Shown here piece after piece: positions 1-53,942 of a stretch of DNA of 64,000 nt. Below the pieces are notes generated by a model, which saw only the letters and a list, made by a program, of their open reading frames with translations, did no database searches and had not been told where the DNA came from. Both the position numbers and the translations under genes were made by a program. The stretch comes from Tubulanus polymorphus. Taxonomy: Eukaryota; Animalia; Nemertea. Positions within the stretch are counted from its first letter, which is position 1. Every line of letters starts with the position of its first letter. The stretch covers positions 992,001 to 1,056,000 of the forward strand of contig NC_134029.1 in assembly GCF_964204645.1 (NCBI RefSeq), in the 5' to 3' direction.

Positions 1-1860
1 GAGTGATATCTGAGTTGGATGGTACAGTAGACTCCGCTCAAGTCTGATCTTTTGACTTGAGAGTGATATCTGAGTTGGATGATACAGTAGACTCCGCTCA
101 AGTCTGATCTTTTGACTTGAGAGTGATATCTGAGTTGGATGGTACAGTAGACTCCGCTCAAGTCAGATCTTTTGATTTGAGAGTGATATCTGAGTTGGAT
201 GATACAGTAGACTCCGCTCAAGTCTGATCTTTTGATTTGAGAGTGATATCTGAGTTGGATGATACAGTAGACTCCGCTCAAGTCTGATCTTTTGATTTGA
301 GAGTGATATCTGAGTTGGATGATACAGTAGACTCCGCTCAAGTCTGATCTTTTGACTTGAGAGTGATATCTGAGTTGGATGGTACAGTAGACTCCGCTCA
401 AGTCTCTGATCTTTTGACTTGACATTGATATCTGAGTTGGATGGTACAGTAGACTCCGCTCAAGTCTGATCTTTTGACTTGAGAGTGATATCTGAGTTGG
501 ATGGTACAGTAGACTCCGCTCAAGTCTCTGATCTTTTGACTTGACATTGATATCTGAGTTGGATGGTACAGTAGACTCCGCTCAAGTCTCTGATCTTTTG
601 ACTTGACATTGATATCTGAGTTGGATGGTACAGTACACTCCGCTCGAGTCTGATCTTTTGACTTGAGAGTGATATCTGAGTTGGATGGTACAGTAGACTC
701 CGCTCAAGTCTGATCTTTTGACTTGACATTGATATCTGAGTTGGATGGTACAGTAGACTCCGCTCGAGTCTGATCTTTTGACTTGAGAGTGATATCTGAG
801 TTGGATGGTACAGTAGACTCCGCTCAAGTCTGATCTTTTGACTTGACATTGATATCTGAGTTGGATGGTACAGTAGACTCCGCTCAAGTCTCTGATCTTT
901 TGACTTGACATCGATATCTGAGTTGGATGGTACAGTAGACTCCGCTCAAGTCTGATCTTTTGACTTGACATTGATATCTGAGTTGGATGGTACAGTAGAC
1001 TCCGCTCGAGTCTGATCATTTGACTTGAGAGTGATATCTGAGTTGGATGGTACAGTAGACTCCGCTCAAGTCTGGTCTTTTGACTTGAGAGTGATATCTG
1101 AGTTGGATGGTACAGTAGACTCCGCTCGAGTCTGATCTTTTGACTTGAGAGTGATATCTGAGTTGGATGATACAGTAGACTCCGCTCGAGTCTGATCTTT
1201 TGATTTGAGAGTGATATCTGAGTTGGATGATACAGTAGACTCCGCTCAAGTCTGATCTTTTGACTTGAGAGTGATATCTGAGTTGGATGGTACAGTAGAC
1301 TCCGCTCAAGTCTCTGATCTTTTGACTTGACATTGATATCTGAGTTGGATGGTACAGTAGACTCCGCTCAAGTCTCTGATCTTTTGACTTGACATTGATA
1401 TCTGAGTTGGATGGTACAGTAGACTCCGCTCAAGTCTGATCTTTTGACTTGACATTGATATCTGAGTTGGATGGTACAGTAGACTCCGCTCGAGTCTGAT
1501 CTTTTGACTTGAGAGTGATATCTGAGTTGGATGGTACAGTAGACTCCGCTCAAGTCTGATCTTTTGACTTGACATTGATATCTGAGTTGGATGGTACAGT
1601 AGACTCCGCTCGAGTCTGATCTTTTGACTTGAGAGTGATATCTGAGTTGGATGGTACAGTAGACTCCGCTCGAGTCTGATCTTTTGACTTGAGAGTGATA
1701 TCTGAGTTGGATGGTACAGTAGACTCCGCTCAAGTCTGATCTTTTGACTTGACATTGATATCTGAGTTGGATGGTACAGTAGACTCCGCTCGAGTCTGAT
1801 CTTTTGACTTGACATTGATATCTGAGTTAGATGATGCAGTAAACAGAGTCTGATCTTTTG
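1..1860. repeat. 60-bp tandem satellite array (about 30 copies, runs off the left edge) inside a neurobeachin intron
   Basis: Unit GAGTGATATCTGAGTTGGATGGTACAGTAGACTCCGCTCAAGTCTGATCTTTTGACTTGA, with variants (GAGAGT/GACATT, CAAG/CGAG, +TC giving 62-bp units). The last copy (~1805-1860) is degenerate. Confidence 0.98.
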
Positions 1861-1895
1861 CCTTAATGCTACCGTTATCTGTTTATTACTTGTAG

Positions 1896-43468
<41,573 letters not shown>

Positions 43469-44565
43469 TTCTAATCGAGGATCCTTCACTCAACGTAACA
43501 TAAAACATTATAAATCATTCCATACTTGTGTAAAACATGAATATCGCTTATTTGTAGAAAGATGAATTGAAGCAGAGAGAGTTCAATCTATTTCTCCTCT
43601 ACGTAATATATGTATCTTATAGTGTTATAGACAGATATTGTCCATGAAACAGAAAATACCTGATGAAAAAGAGACATATTTAGATTATTATTATGATTAT
43701 GATTATTATTATGATTAATATTATAATATGTATATGCTGATGTGTATAATATATGAATACAGAAGGTTTAGATATTAGTAATTAATTTATACATAGATGA
43801 TAGAAAAGGTTCCTGTACTGTACTGTTCTATATAGGGCCTGTTATTTATATAAAGAGAGTGAGCACTTTACATTATGAGGTGCAGGTTTAAAACTATTTA
43901 TAGCGCTTTGCACTGCGAAACATAAAGTGTTGTTTATTTATTTGTTTTTTTTTTCGATGTTCAGTTTTTGGTTTCAGATTTAAACGCCGTTTTGCTGCAG
44001 TTGAGGAAAATTTGTAACATTAATTTGTTGAAATCATGACCGTTTGATATTCAAATAAAAGTCGAATCAAAACATGGCCGTCTGACACCGAATCACCTCG
44101 ATTCAAACATCAGAATTTTGGATTCAACTCAAATAGGTTGAAATTATTATAATTAGTAACATATTAAAGAATAAGTGAATTATTAATTGAATCTTGTATA
44201 AAAGAAAACTACAGTAAAAACTTGCACGTTGTAAGCTGGGGATGATTTATGACTTACACTTGATTGATACAAATTTGGACTGGAAAATAGTGACGACTTA
44301 TCCAACTGAGTTTCGCTGTATTTGATGTAAATTTTTGTTATCCGCCTGGAATAGATTTTGACCGTGTATATTAATCTCCTAGAAACACTTTTTATTTTAT
44401 CTTTTGTTAATATTTTCTTCACACGATTTTCATTATCATAGATAGATTTAAATAGAACAAGTTTGTTGAATTCTGATCAGAATTTTCATAATATTGAAGA
44501 CACATCTAGTCATTCGAGTATTACGTAACGTATTTAGAATGTAGTTTGTCATTATCCACCGCGGG

Positions 44566-44655
44566 TGTAGGTCGACTTGTGACAGGATTGGTCGCAGTAG
44601 GTCGACTTGTGACAGGATTGGTCGCAGTAGGTCGACTGCGATGCAACTGGTCGCA
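44566..44655. repeat. 30-bp tandem repeat, about 3 copies, in the presumed neurobeachin 3' UTR
   Basis: GTAGGTCGACTTGTGACAGGATTGGTCGCA repeated. Confidence 0.85.
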
Positions 44656-45862
44656 AAATGGCGAGAAATTCAGTCGCAAGACCAACCTAACCCGGCTTAA
44701 GATTATACAATTTAATTGATTGAATTTGCTGTGTTCTGATTCTTGATATCATTTTCTGATTTGAATGTATTTTATTGATGTTTTTGGCGAATTGAATGTG
44801 ATGCATTTTCTCAGTTTTTGAAATTATTTAAATTTTTGCTTCAATGCTTTTTGTCGATGATTCAAAATGTGTGTTATTTAAAATTCTGGTATTTTTTAGC
44901 AGTTTATATAAAACGACAGAAACTCTTCACACTTCTGTGGTCAGTTTATTCATTACATTGAAATGGAAATATTTGAAAAATGAAATCCTCTTCTGGCGGT
45001 TACAGAGTGTGCTCTTTATCTATTAACTATATCCCAAATCAAGTGATTGAGTGAACTGATCAACATGCACAGTTGAGTTTAGATGTTTCTTTGCTCTATC
45101 ATTACATTTGCGAAGTCAAGAGAATCTAACGTGGTCAAAGACCAACCCTTATCAAAAAATGTCTTAAGATTTGCATAAGTCTGGAAGGTTGGTTGTAATT
45201 GATGAACTTGGACAGTGAACAGTGAATTCAAGTGATTGTATATAACATGAATTTTGCTACTGTTATTGTACATATCAACTCTAACTAGATATAATACATA
45301 TATATCATATTAACACTGGTAGAATCAATGATATTGATTATTATCTAATTCATTATCGGAATTTTGATTATTATGATAATTATTAATGAATTAATGATTC
45401 TTCTAAGTTAGAGAGTGATACTGTGTGGTTTTCATGTAGATTTCAGTAACCCCTGTTTCACGTTCCTCAGTCATCTTTCCGAGTCACATTCCGCTGATAT
45501 GTTGACTGCTTCAAGTCATCAACAATCCATTGTATAAAAGAACATCATCTACTTGAAAAAATAACATGTAAACAGCATTAGTTTCCTTGTGCGGTGAAGA
45601 TTTTAATAATGGTTTTGCCGTTTGTCTTTATTGACCTTATAATATGTAATCTGATAACAGTTAAACAAACGCCACACCCAGAGATGTCTGGCTCGTCTGG
45701 AGGACTTTAGTAATAGACACTGCTAATTATGTATCATGTGATCGTGTTGTTATACTTCTGTTTGAATGATATAAGATAAATTTGTTTTATTGATAATAAT
45801 AGAGACCCATTATTCCAGATTCTGTAGAAAGTATGTATGTTTTCATGTTGTGGCAAGCAAAA

Positions 45863-45868
45863 AATAAA
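45863..45868 (+). terminator. Candidate distal neurobeachin polyadenylation signal
   Basis: AATAAA followed about 25-40 nt later by a GT/T-rich element (CTGTCTGGTTGGTTTT); an earlier AATAAA lies near 44054. Confidence 0.4.
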
Positions 45869-47956
45869 TATAAACAACACTGAACTATTACTCTGTCTGG
45901 TTGGTTTTAATCTGATTCCTCTCGGGGTTTAGTTCTCATCCTTCTTGTATCACCTTTTGTAGTTCTTAAAAAAATCCTGTATCAGTTTTGTTTTATGATA
46001 GTACCTATAAGATCAGCCTCAAATCAGAAGAATATAATCTCGTAGTCATTATATTACTCGACAGGCAACCAGTCTAAATTAACTTCATATATGAAACATT
46101 AATCGTAGTTTATTACGTATGAGATATATTCAATATTTATATCGATAAAAACGAAAAAAAAAGTTATTTTTTTCAAGTTTAAAGAAAAAGATGCGAACAA
46201 ACATCGATAAATATCACAGGAATAATTTAACAATATCATATCGTTTATAATAAGCAACAATCGATGGTATTTATTTTGTACAGAATTTGGAACAGATACT
46301 CGCTCTGTACAACTCAAAATACCGCAGTGGGTCCTTCTACCCCCACGGACGAGGCTCAGGAGCTCTGGCAATCGACTTGCTGCCTCACTACACCGTGAGG
46401 TGCTGCCGCTATGCTCATCGTTGGCGGGATTTTTATACACTAACTTGAAGCGACTGTGGCAATCAATGAGCATCGATTGCCACAGTCAGCCACTTATAGG
46501 TCTGATTTGGCATGCTCACAATTCTGGACCTGGCGTTCCACATTTCTGAGAAAAAGTTTCGATCAGTTCATTTTCAGAATGCAAACTTAACGCAAAACTG
46601 TGGAACTGAGTCCTGTAATAAAAGGCCACAGATGTGCAATTAATTAACATGAACAATAATATATCGCCGTATAAATGTTGTTGAATTTGAATGCACTAGA
46701 GGCTGCAGTTCTAACTGGTGCGTGTCGAATTAGATTTATAATTGTGATAGCATTAGTTCTATTTACAGAAGTCGTGATAAATGTGTGTAATTAGTCTCAC
46801 ATTTCAACAAGACATGAATTTTTCAAATCATAAATACATGTACACCACCTTCTCTCATCAATGATATAAAGATTTGTCATATACCAACTATGCATAATGT
46901 TAACCAAATATAGCTTTACCTGTATGGTGTGCAAGTCCTAAAGCAGCCAGATATTGGCTCTTCCTCCCCCTCCTCCCCCTCCCCTCTCCCTCTCCTTTCA
47001 CCTTCTCCCTCCCCTCTGTATCAGCCCCATCCCCCTCCCCTCCCCACCGATCTCTCGTCAATCGATGCTTATGATATTCTATAAATAGATAGAACGCAGT
47101 TAGTAGTTAAACGATCGTTTTTCTATAAACACAGTTTGAATTAGGGTGTGTCCAGTAATTGCTTATTCAGCTTATACCACACCACTGTATCTCACAGCAT
47201 TAATATACACCATATAATGATAATATATACTTACCTTAATCATTTAATATAAACACTATTAACACTAAGTGAAAAGCTAATATCATTAATCATAATGATG
47301 TGTTATGTCGTTCAATAATACCAGAAAAAAACTTTCAAACAAAACAAACGTAAAGCTTTAACGATTTATACATAATTTCTGAACATGGTTTTTTTTTCAA
47401 GCAGCAAAATCTTCGAATAATTGCATAAAACATTTCAGTAAATCATAATTATGAGATTAAAACTCAAGCAGTAAAATAACAATTGATAATTTGACATATA
47501 ATTGAAGTGTTTAAGCCGTATATATGCATCTAATGAAATTCAACTAACTATATGTTTATTTCATCATGTCATCGTTTTTTGGGGGGAATTAATGGAAATC
47601 AATTCGTGTCAACGCGGGCCCCATGGCGGATCAGGGGTGAACGATTGGTCCGGGTCATAAACGCTCGTTTGATACGTTTAAAAGGGGAGGGTGCAGGAGG
47701 TGCTCACCCCTGAAAATGACAAATTACCCAGAAATTCTACGGCAAAATGAAATGAAATATATTAAACTGAGACGTAAAGAAGTCTAGATTCATTAGCTTT
47801 TCCAAAAATGAGTTTCCGATTAGCTTTCGGGTGCCCTTATGGATTATATGATATACCCTATTGTGAGGGTGCACCCCTCTCTGAATCAGACCCTAGATCC
47901 ACTCTTCTGTTATTCAAGATGATAAACATTGCTCTGATCCACAATGAACTAAAGTG

Positions 47957-48694
47957 TTAGGTTTCTGGATATCTATTTGTTTTTTCTTCATCGGTTTTCT
48001 GTGGTTCGACGACGACACTCGGTTCATCATCAGCTGCGACCTGTGCTGATAGTTCATCCTGTTTCTCTAACTGGCCATTCTGATCGGTGGTTCCTGCGGC
48101 TGATTCGACGCTTTTTATCGCTAAAGCGAGCTTCGTCTTCAGAATATCGCCGTACTTTCTCAAAGTCAAATTCGATATCATTTGCACAACGGAGACGCCT
48201 AACTCGACTAGACCGACCATCGCAGCAACGGCTAAACATCCGACCAGAACGTGATGTCTCTTCTTACCTAGCACCATCACGCTGGGCAGATACTGGGCTA
48301 AAGCGACGTTCAAGACAAAATTTGTCGTCGAGACAAACGTAGTTATAACTCCGGCTAGTTCGCAGATATCGATACATAAATGGGGACTATCTTTTCCTCG
48401 TTTCATCAATACCAAACCGCTACACGCAGAAATTAGATAAATAATCGCGCCTATTATGATAAACGACATGGCCGCGGTATGTCTGGTGGCTGTGGACGTG
48501 TCTGTTAAATTCGTCATGTTATAATCATTATCAAGAGTGGGTTCGGGTAGCGGTTCTGTAACTCGAAACGGTATAAATACAAACATTGATATGATTTGTA
48601 ATCCTGTCAATGAGAATTGAAGAAATGCGATATATCGGCGTCTCTCCGTAAGAATCGTGTCCCGATCCTTCAACTCGGGTTTCTCATCCGGCAT
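47957..48694 (-). CDS. Uncharacterised four-transmembrane protein (245 aa), MS4A/CD20-like topology; single coding exon
   Basis: ATG at 48694 just after a TTTCCAG acceptor (exon starts 48705); four hydrophobic segments, NMT/NLT sequons in loop 1, acidic C-terminal tail. A probable non-coding first exon spans ~50272-50197 (TCAGTA initiator-like sequence, GTAAGT donor). Confidence 0.8.
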   Translation of the reverse strand: MPDEKPELKDRDTILTERRRYIAFLQFSLTGLQIISMFVFIPFRVTEPLPEPTLDNDYNMTNLTDTSTATRHTAAMSFIIIGAIIYLISACSGLVLMKRGKDSPHLCIDICELAGVITTFVSTTNFVLNVALAQYLPSVMVLGKKRHHVLVGCLAVAAMVGLVELGVSVVQMISNLTLRKYGDILKTKLALAIKSVESAAGTTDQNGQLEKQDELSAQVAADDEPSVVVEPQKTDEEKTNRYPET

Positions 48695-48862
48695 CGTGTG
48701 TCTTCCTGGAAAGAAAACACATATATTCACGTGTATTTCTTATTAGAAGGTAATTTCGTGGGTGATGACAAAATCTGAGACTCAAGGCGTCTGTTTAACA
48801 AGTGTATGCGTTAATACGTAAATACCATCCCCAACCATCGTTGCTGGGTGATCCCTTATGAT

Positions 48863-48967
48863 CAGGGTCCAGTCCCACAACTGTGAGTTAAGATTTTACT
48901 CTGAGTAAACTCATTGAAAATTAACTCATTCAAACTCTATAACTCACAACTGTGGAACTGGATCCAG
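48863..48967. mobile_element. MITE with CAGGGTCCAGTCCCACA / TGTGGAACTGGATCCAG ends
   Basis: Imperfect inverted termini extend inward (ACTGTGAGTTA / TAACTCACAAC); same end motif as the dispersed family. Confidence 0.65.
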
Positions 48968-51622
48968 ATGAAATGTGTTCGGTATCATTGCAATATCAAT
49001 CGAATGAGATTGGCTGAAAAAAATGAGGAACCATCATGGTAATAACTGGTCAACAAATTTCAAAAGATAATTTGCAAATGAACAAATGAAAGTGTCTAGT
49101 CAGATTGAACCCGATGGAATTGGATCTAGATGCGGGTGTAGATGGAGATGGATATACGTACTAACGCGCTGTTCTATAAAACACGGTTATTGCCGATCAA
49201 TTCTTCTCTGTTTACAATATTTGACTACTGGCAAAATATCTCTTTGGTGTTTCAACTAGGCGTGGTATATTTCTAACTAAACATACCCTTGAGACGGATA
49301 TACACCGTGTATGGAATATAGAACACGCAATAATCGTTGTCATTGGGAGGGAATTATATCGGAACTTTGAAGAAAAGAAATGTTATTCTGTCATATCGTT
49401 ATCGATATTTAGATGGTCAAAATATTGATTGCCAATATTCAGTCAAGTCTGATTTGGTGAACCAATGAAAGAACCCCAGTCACTATATTATCATTCGGAG
49501 TATTTGGAGGGGTGGAGAGCTTAGCGAAACGGTCTCCGTCAGGGGATTCAAACGCCCAAGAGAGGCTCAAAGGTCAACGAAAAGAAACAATACTTTACAT
49601 TTAATGAAGATATACTAGTAATAGAAATAGAAAACTTTATGAAAATAAATCTCCAACGAGAATCTAATTGAAACACTGTTCCCGCGTGAGAACCTGAAGG
49701 TATAGTGTTATCTAATGGTGACCCGACGTTACTCGGCGCTGAAGTTAGAACTGACACGTACAACTCTAGGAGTCATTTCTTTAAACTTGAAAGTCTTAAG
49801 AAAAGTCAAGTGCTAAAAAGTGTGTTAAGTAATGAGGTCGGATTACGGTTAAAGAATATGAATACGGTCATAGTGTCAAGGGGATGTTTTTAAGATCGTT
49901 GACCCTATGATTATTTGTGCTAAATAGAGGTAGTTTGTAAATTAGTTGCTAGTTCTATGAATATTAGCCCTACAAGTGCGCAATATTACATCATACTGTT
50001 TTAAGTGATCTGAAGTGCGCTACGTTTAAACTATCATTAATTATGTTGTCTGCATATCGAGTCTCAAGAGGCTGATAAAGCATGACGCGTCTGATTTGAT
50101 ACACAGTTAAACATTTACGAATTTGAAATCATTACAAAATCATCATTTTCATAAATCCTTATTAATTTCTAAATAGATGTGTTGTAAAATACTTACAGAA
50201 AATTACGGATAATCCAAAAAAGATTCGTAAATCTAAAACGAAAGCTGCCGTCGCTAGTCTTGATTTTACTGACTTTCAGAATGTGTACATGTATCAGGCG
50301 CCGCCCTTCTGAGGCTGTCGCGATGCGCGTCAAACTAAATGTGCGTGGTACGTGTATCTATACATTGACGACAACTGCAAACTGTAATTTCATCCTGGTT
50401 CAGACACGAGCGTCTAGAGGGATGGATAGATCATTCTAAACCGATGAAAGATGACCAGAGTGCAAAACTGTCTGAGAGTAGAGAGATTTCGACAACATTA
50501 TACCCTTATCTAACCTTTCCCTAATCCTTCGTCGTATTCAAGTCGTTGAGATGATTTTTCATCCCATATAAAACCGACAGGTTCAGAGAATTGGTATGGT
50601 CTAGCGACGGCTGGGGTATATGTAGTAAAGTGTGTAGTCTAGGCAGGGACGGCGTTTAATACACAAAATTATCACCTATAAAACTGATGGGGGTGTATGG
50701 TTTGAGAATCTGTTATAAGTCCGGCCGGGTAATTGCTGTCTGGTATTTAGACTTATATATACCGATGTCTGGGAGATGCTATTCTCACTTCAGATTGTGT
50801 CAGTAAATTCCCGCCCACGTTACAACCACTTGTCTCTCATGAAGGACGAACACGTTTGACATTCAAGCTGACATCATCTCTTCACGCGAGTCGCCTTTAT
50901 TAAATTATCTTCCTCCACCCGGGAACATTTCCAAAAATAGTGATTTATTTCCGTCACTGTGGGTTAAAGACAAGTCATCGCGACTATGGGTTTTCCACTG
51001 GTAAACGTGCAGTAGCGAATCCTGATAACTGACAAGGAGCACGTGTGTCTACACGCTCCTGAATCCGTCTGTATTTTGTCTGATCTAGATATTTGCGATG
51101 TTAACATTAGTTTCGGATTTTACTCTAGTCGTAAAAGAATTGTTACTTAGAGAAAAAGACTACATGTTCACTCCTCTTGCATTGGTCCAAATGCAATGCC
51201 GTACTCAGTGGCGGATCGGCTGAGTGACCTTGGAATTTTCTCCTTAAGATTTTTTGAAATTTTGAGCACATGATCAACCAGGAAAGTGCTCAGAATGCAT
51301 CTAATTTTTCAAAGTTTTCTGGGGGGACCCTCCCACTTTGGGGGACTGATAAGCATTTTGTCACGGGCCTGAGTTTGTGTTAGGTCCTACAAGAGAGTCG
51401 TTATATCGAGGTTCGTTCCTCAAGGTAAACTGTCCTTTTTATGGTTCTCTTGGCATCGGTTAAAATCCATGTGACACTTGCTGATGATCATTAGAGAAAG
51501 AAAACCAAAACAACAGGTTCTCATAACAATTAACAAATTTATTGATCAACATAAACAAATAAGGCAAGGTTGATGGAGAGAAAGAGATTAGATGGAATAG
51601 ATTGATGTGAGATTGGTTCTAA

Positions 51623-53942
51623 CTAGTGACAATGACTTCTCTTCTTCTCTACAAAATAGACAATAAAACAAAACAGTTCATATTTTCACATCAAACAGCA
51701 GCAGCAGCAAAGACTGTGAATAATGAAGCTGTTATTTCTTTACCTGTTTGCTGTTTATTGATGACAATGTTTTTACAATCTGTAAGTTGTTTATGAAGAT
51801 GAAACGGTGAAATATTCAATAAAGTCGACAAATCCCTAAAAATAATAACAAACAAACACATCTAAAATTCATATGATTCACTCAACTCTAACTCAAAGTG
51901 AATGATATTGTTTCTTACCAAAGGAAATTACTTTCAGAATCAAATGCTTTGTAAATGATGTAGTGGAGGAGTTTATCTTTACACAATGAACTCAATTCAT
52001 TACTGAAACTCTTAATACGCAAACATTCTACAACAACTGCCTGAAAAAAATAATCAGTTTAGATTTTTAGTTGACATGAGGAGGAAATAATTAAAATTTG
52101 TTCCGTAAGTAATATATCCAAGCTGTGTGTGTGAGTTAGGAGGACTAGAGGTTCACTGTTGTGATTGAATTGGAATCTTTTGACTTACGAGTCCATTCTC
52201 TTTATCTCCATCTATCACTTTATCAACTGCAGATTCAAATTCACCCGAGCTTAAGATAAATGTAACCATCTAGATTATTAACACAAAAAATCCTAGATCG
52301 GTAAGAAGAGGGCCAAGGTGAGAAACTTACTTGTGTTTTAAAAGTTGAATTAAATGTTGGTTGAATAGTTCAGCTTGTGTTTGTATTAAAGTCGTCATCC
52401 AGGGATCAGTATCCACCGCACTAATCACCGTCAGTTTATTCATTAATTGTCGAGTTGTTTGGAAATCTGACTTCAAACGAGCGCAACTAAATAGAATCTA
52501 TTAAATATAAAATAAATCGGGTTTATTAACAAACTTCTGCTGGGACCAGTTTTTCACAGTAAACTCCCTTGATTTTGAAACTTATCAAAGTCAATCAAGC
52601 ATAATATGATATTATATGATATAATAGTCAATCTATAACAACTCAAGACAAGTTTTCGGATTTTAGACTGAACTCAAGCCATCACTGCGTAACTGGACCC
52701 AACAGTTTGAGTGACGCAAAGTATAATCGAGATTAGTTTTATGTCGTTTGAATACCTCACAGTTGTCAGATTCATTCCTAGTTTGATCAAGCAATAATCC
52801 AAATAATAATTCAGGTAGATGTGGATTCTGTATTAAAACCTATGGAAAATTAAATCATTTAATGAAGAATTAGTTAAAACAAGCAACTACATATAATTCA
52901 AAGAAATATTCATGCAAATTCTCGAATTCACGAAACAACCTTTTTCATCATTTGTGACGCAGTTTTCAGGGAATCTAAATCTATTTCTGATGAGATATTT
53001 CGACTAAGAATCATGATTTGATGATTCAAATCAGTTCTATAGGGCTTATCTTTAATTTGATAATACATCTGAAATAAAAAACATAACCGTAATAGATAAA
53101 TAAGGTACATGTAAAGGTCTTTTGAGGACAAGTAGGTCGCAAGTCTTTTTCCCGCTTGAAATGTTTTAAGTAAATAAACTATTAAAATAGATTATTGAAG
53201 GTTTATCTGATAATTCAAACAATAACCTATATATGATATGTTTGTGCTTGTGACAGGAACATACAACAGTCAATACATGACATTTTTCAAGAGAGAATAA
53301 AAATTGACGCAGTATATTTCTATCAGGGACTAATTTGAAGTTCATTCTTCAAACACTCGACCATTTTCGAAATGGAGGTTTCTCACATGTAGAAGATTTC
53401 GAAAAGAGCCAGAGAAGCAGAAATGTCGTCGGCAAGGAAGGAACCAGAGCGCAGACTGCGGGAACCACAGCGGAAACCTATCAGTAAAGATAGATTAGAA
53501 ATACCTAGCGGTATGATACATTACAGACGAGGACTCAAACGAAATGAGTCTGAACTTTCGTTATTGAGTATCGCATCAACCAGTCAAAATATGGATTTTC
53601 ATTTCAAAGGTAAAGTACACAGTATGCTATACAGTGAAACTCACTACTTTTAAATTGCCCTAGTTGTGATGATAATTATGTTGATGACTTATCAAAATGA
53701 TAAATCACACTAGATAACTGAGTTGGAAATACAAAATTGGGACTAGAAAAGAAAACTTCAGCAGCGTGACAATTTAATTATAAGATTAAGAGAGATCCCT
53801 GACCTACATGTTGACAATACTTAGCCCAGGAGAGAGCGTTTTTAACATCATGCTCGTTCCATTCTGATACTATTTTTGATTTTGCTTGCTGCAAAATTTC
53901 GATGAAAGAATAAATAGACTTTAGAATCGCTGCTACAGCCAT
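51623..53942 (-). CDS. FANCF: FANCF-like protein (Fanconi anaemia group F N-terminal similarity), 8 coding exons, about 271 aa
   Basis: Phase-consistent exons 53942-53808, 53068-52940, 52839-52756, 52497-52331, 52249-52189, 52040-51919, 51835-51744, 51648-51623 (TAG); minus-strand AATAAA at 51538-51543. The N-terminus MAVAAILKSIYSFIEILQQAKSKIVSEWNEHDVKNALSWAKYCQHMY resembles the FANCF motif F.E.L....S..VS.WD...V..AL.WA.Y..H, and VLIQNPHL resembles the FANCF LL.N..L motif. The 3' exons are less certain. Confidence 0.62.
53423..53609 (+). CDS. Candidate upstream (alternative first) coding exon of the IP3R-like gene
   Basis: ATG-initiated 62-codon frame ending AAAG|GTAAAG in phase 1, which joins in frame to the acceptor at 58685 (G-T-K-I-T-S-M-G-D-F-L). 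Confidence 0.45.
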
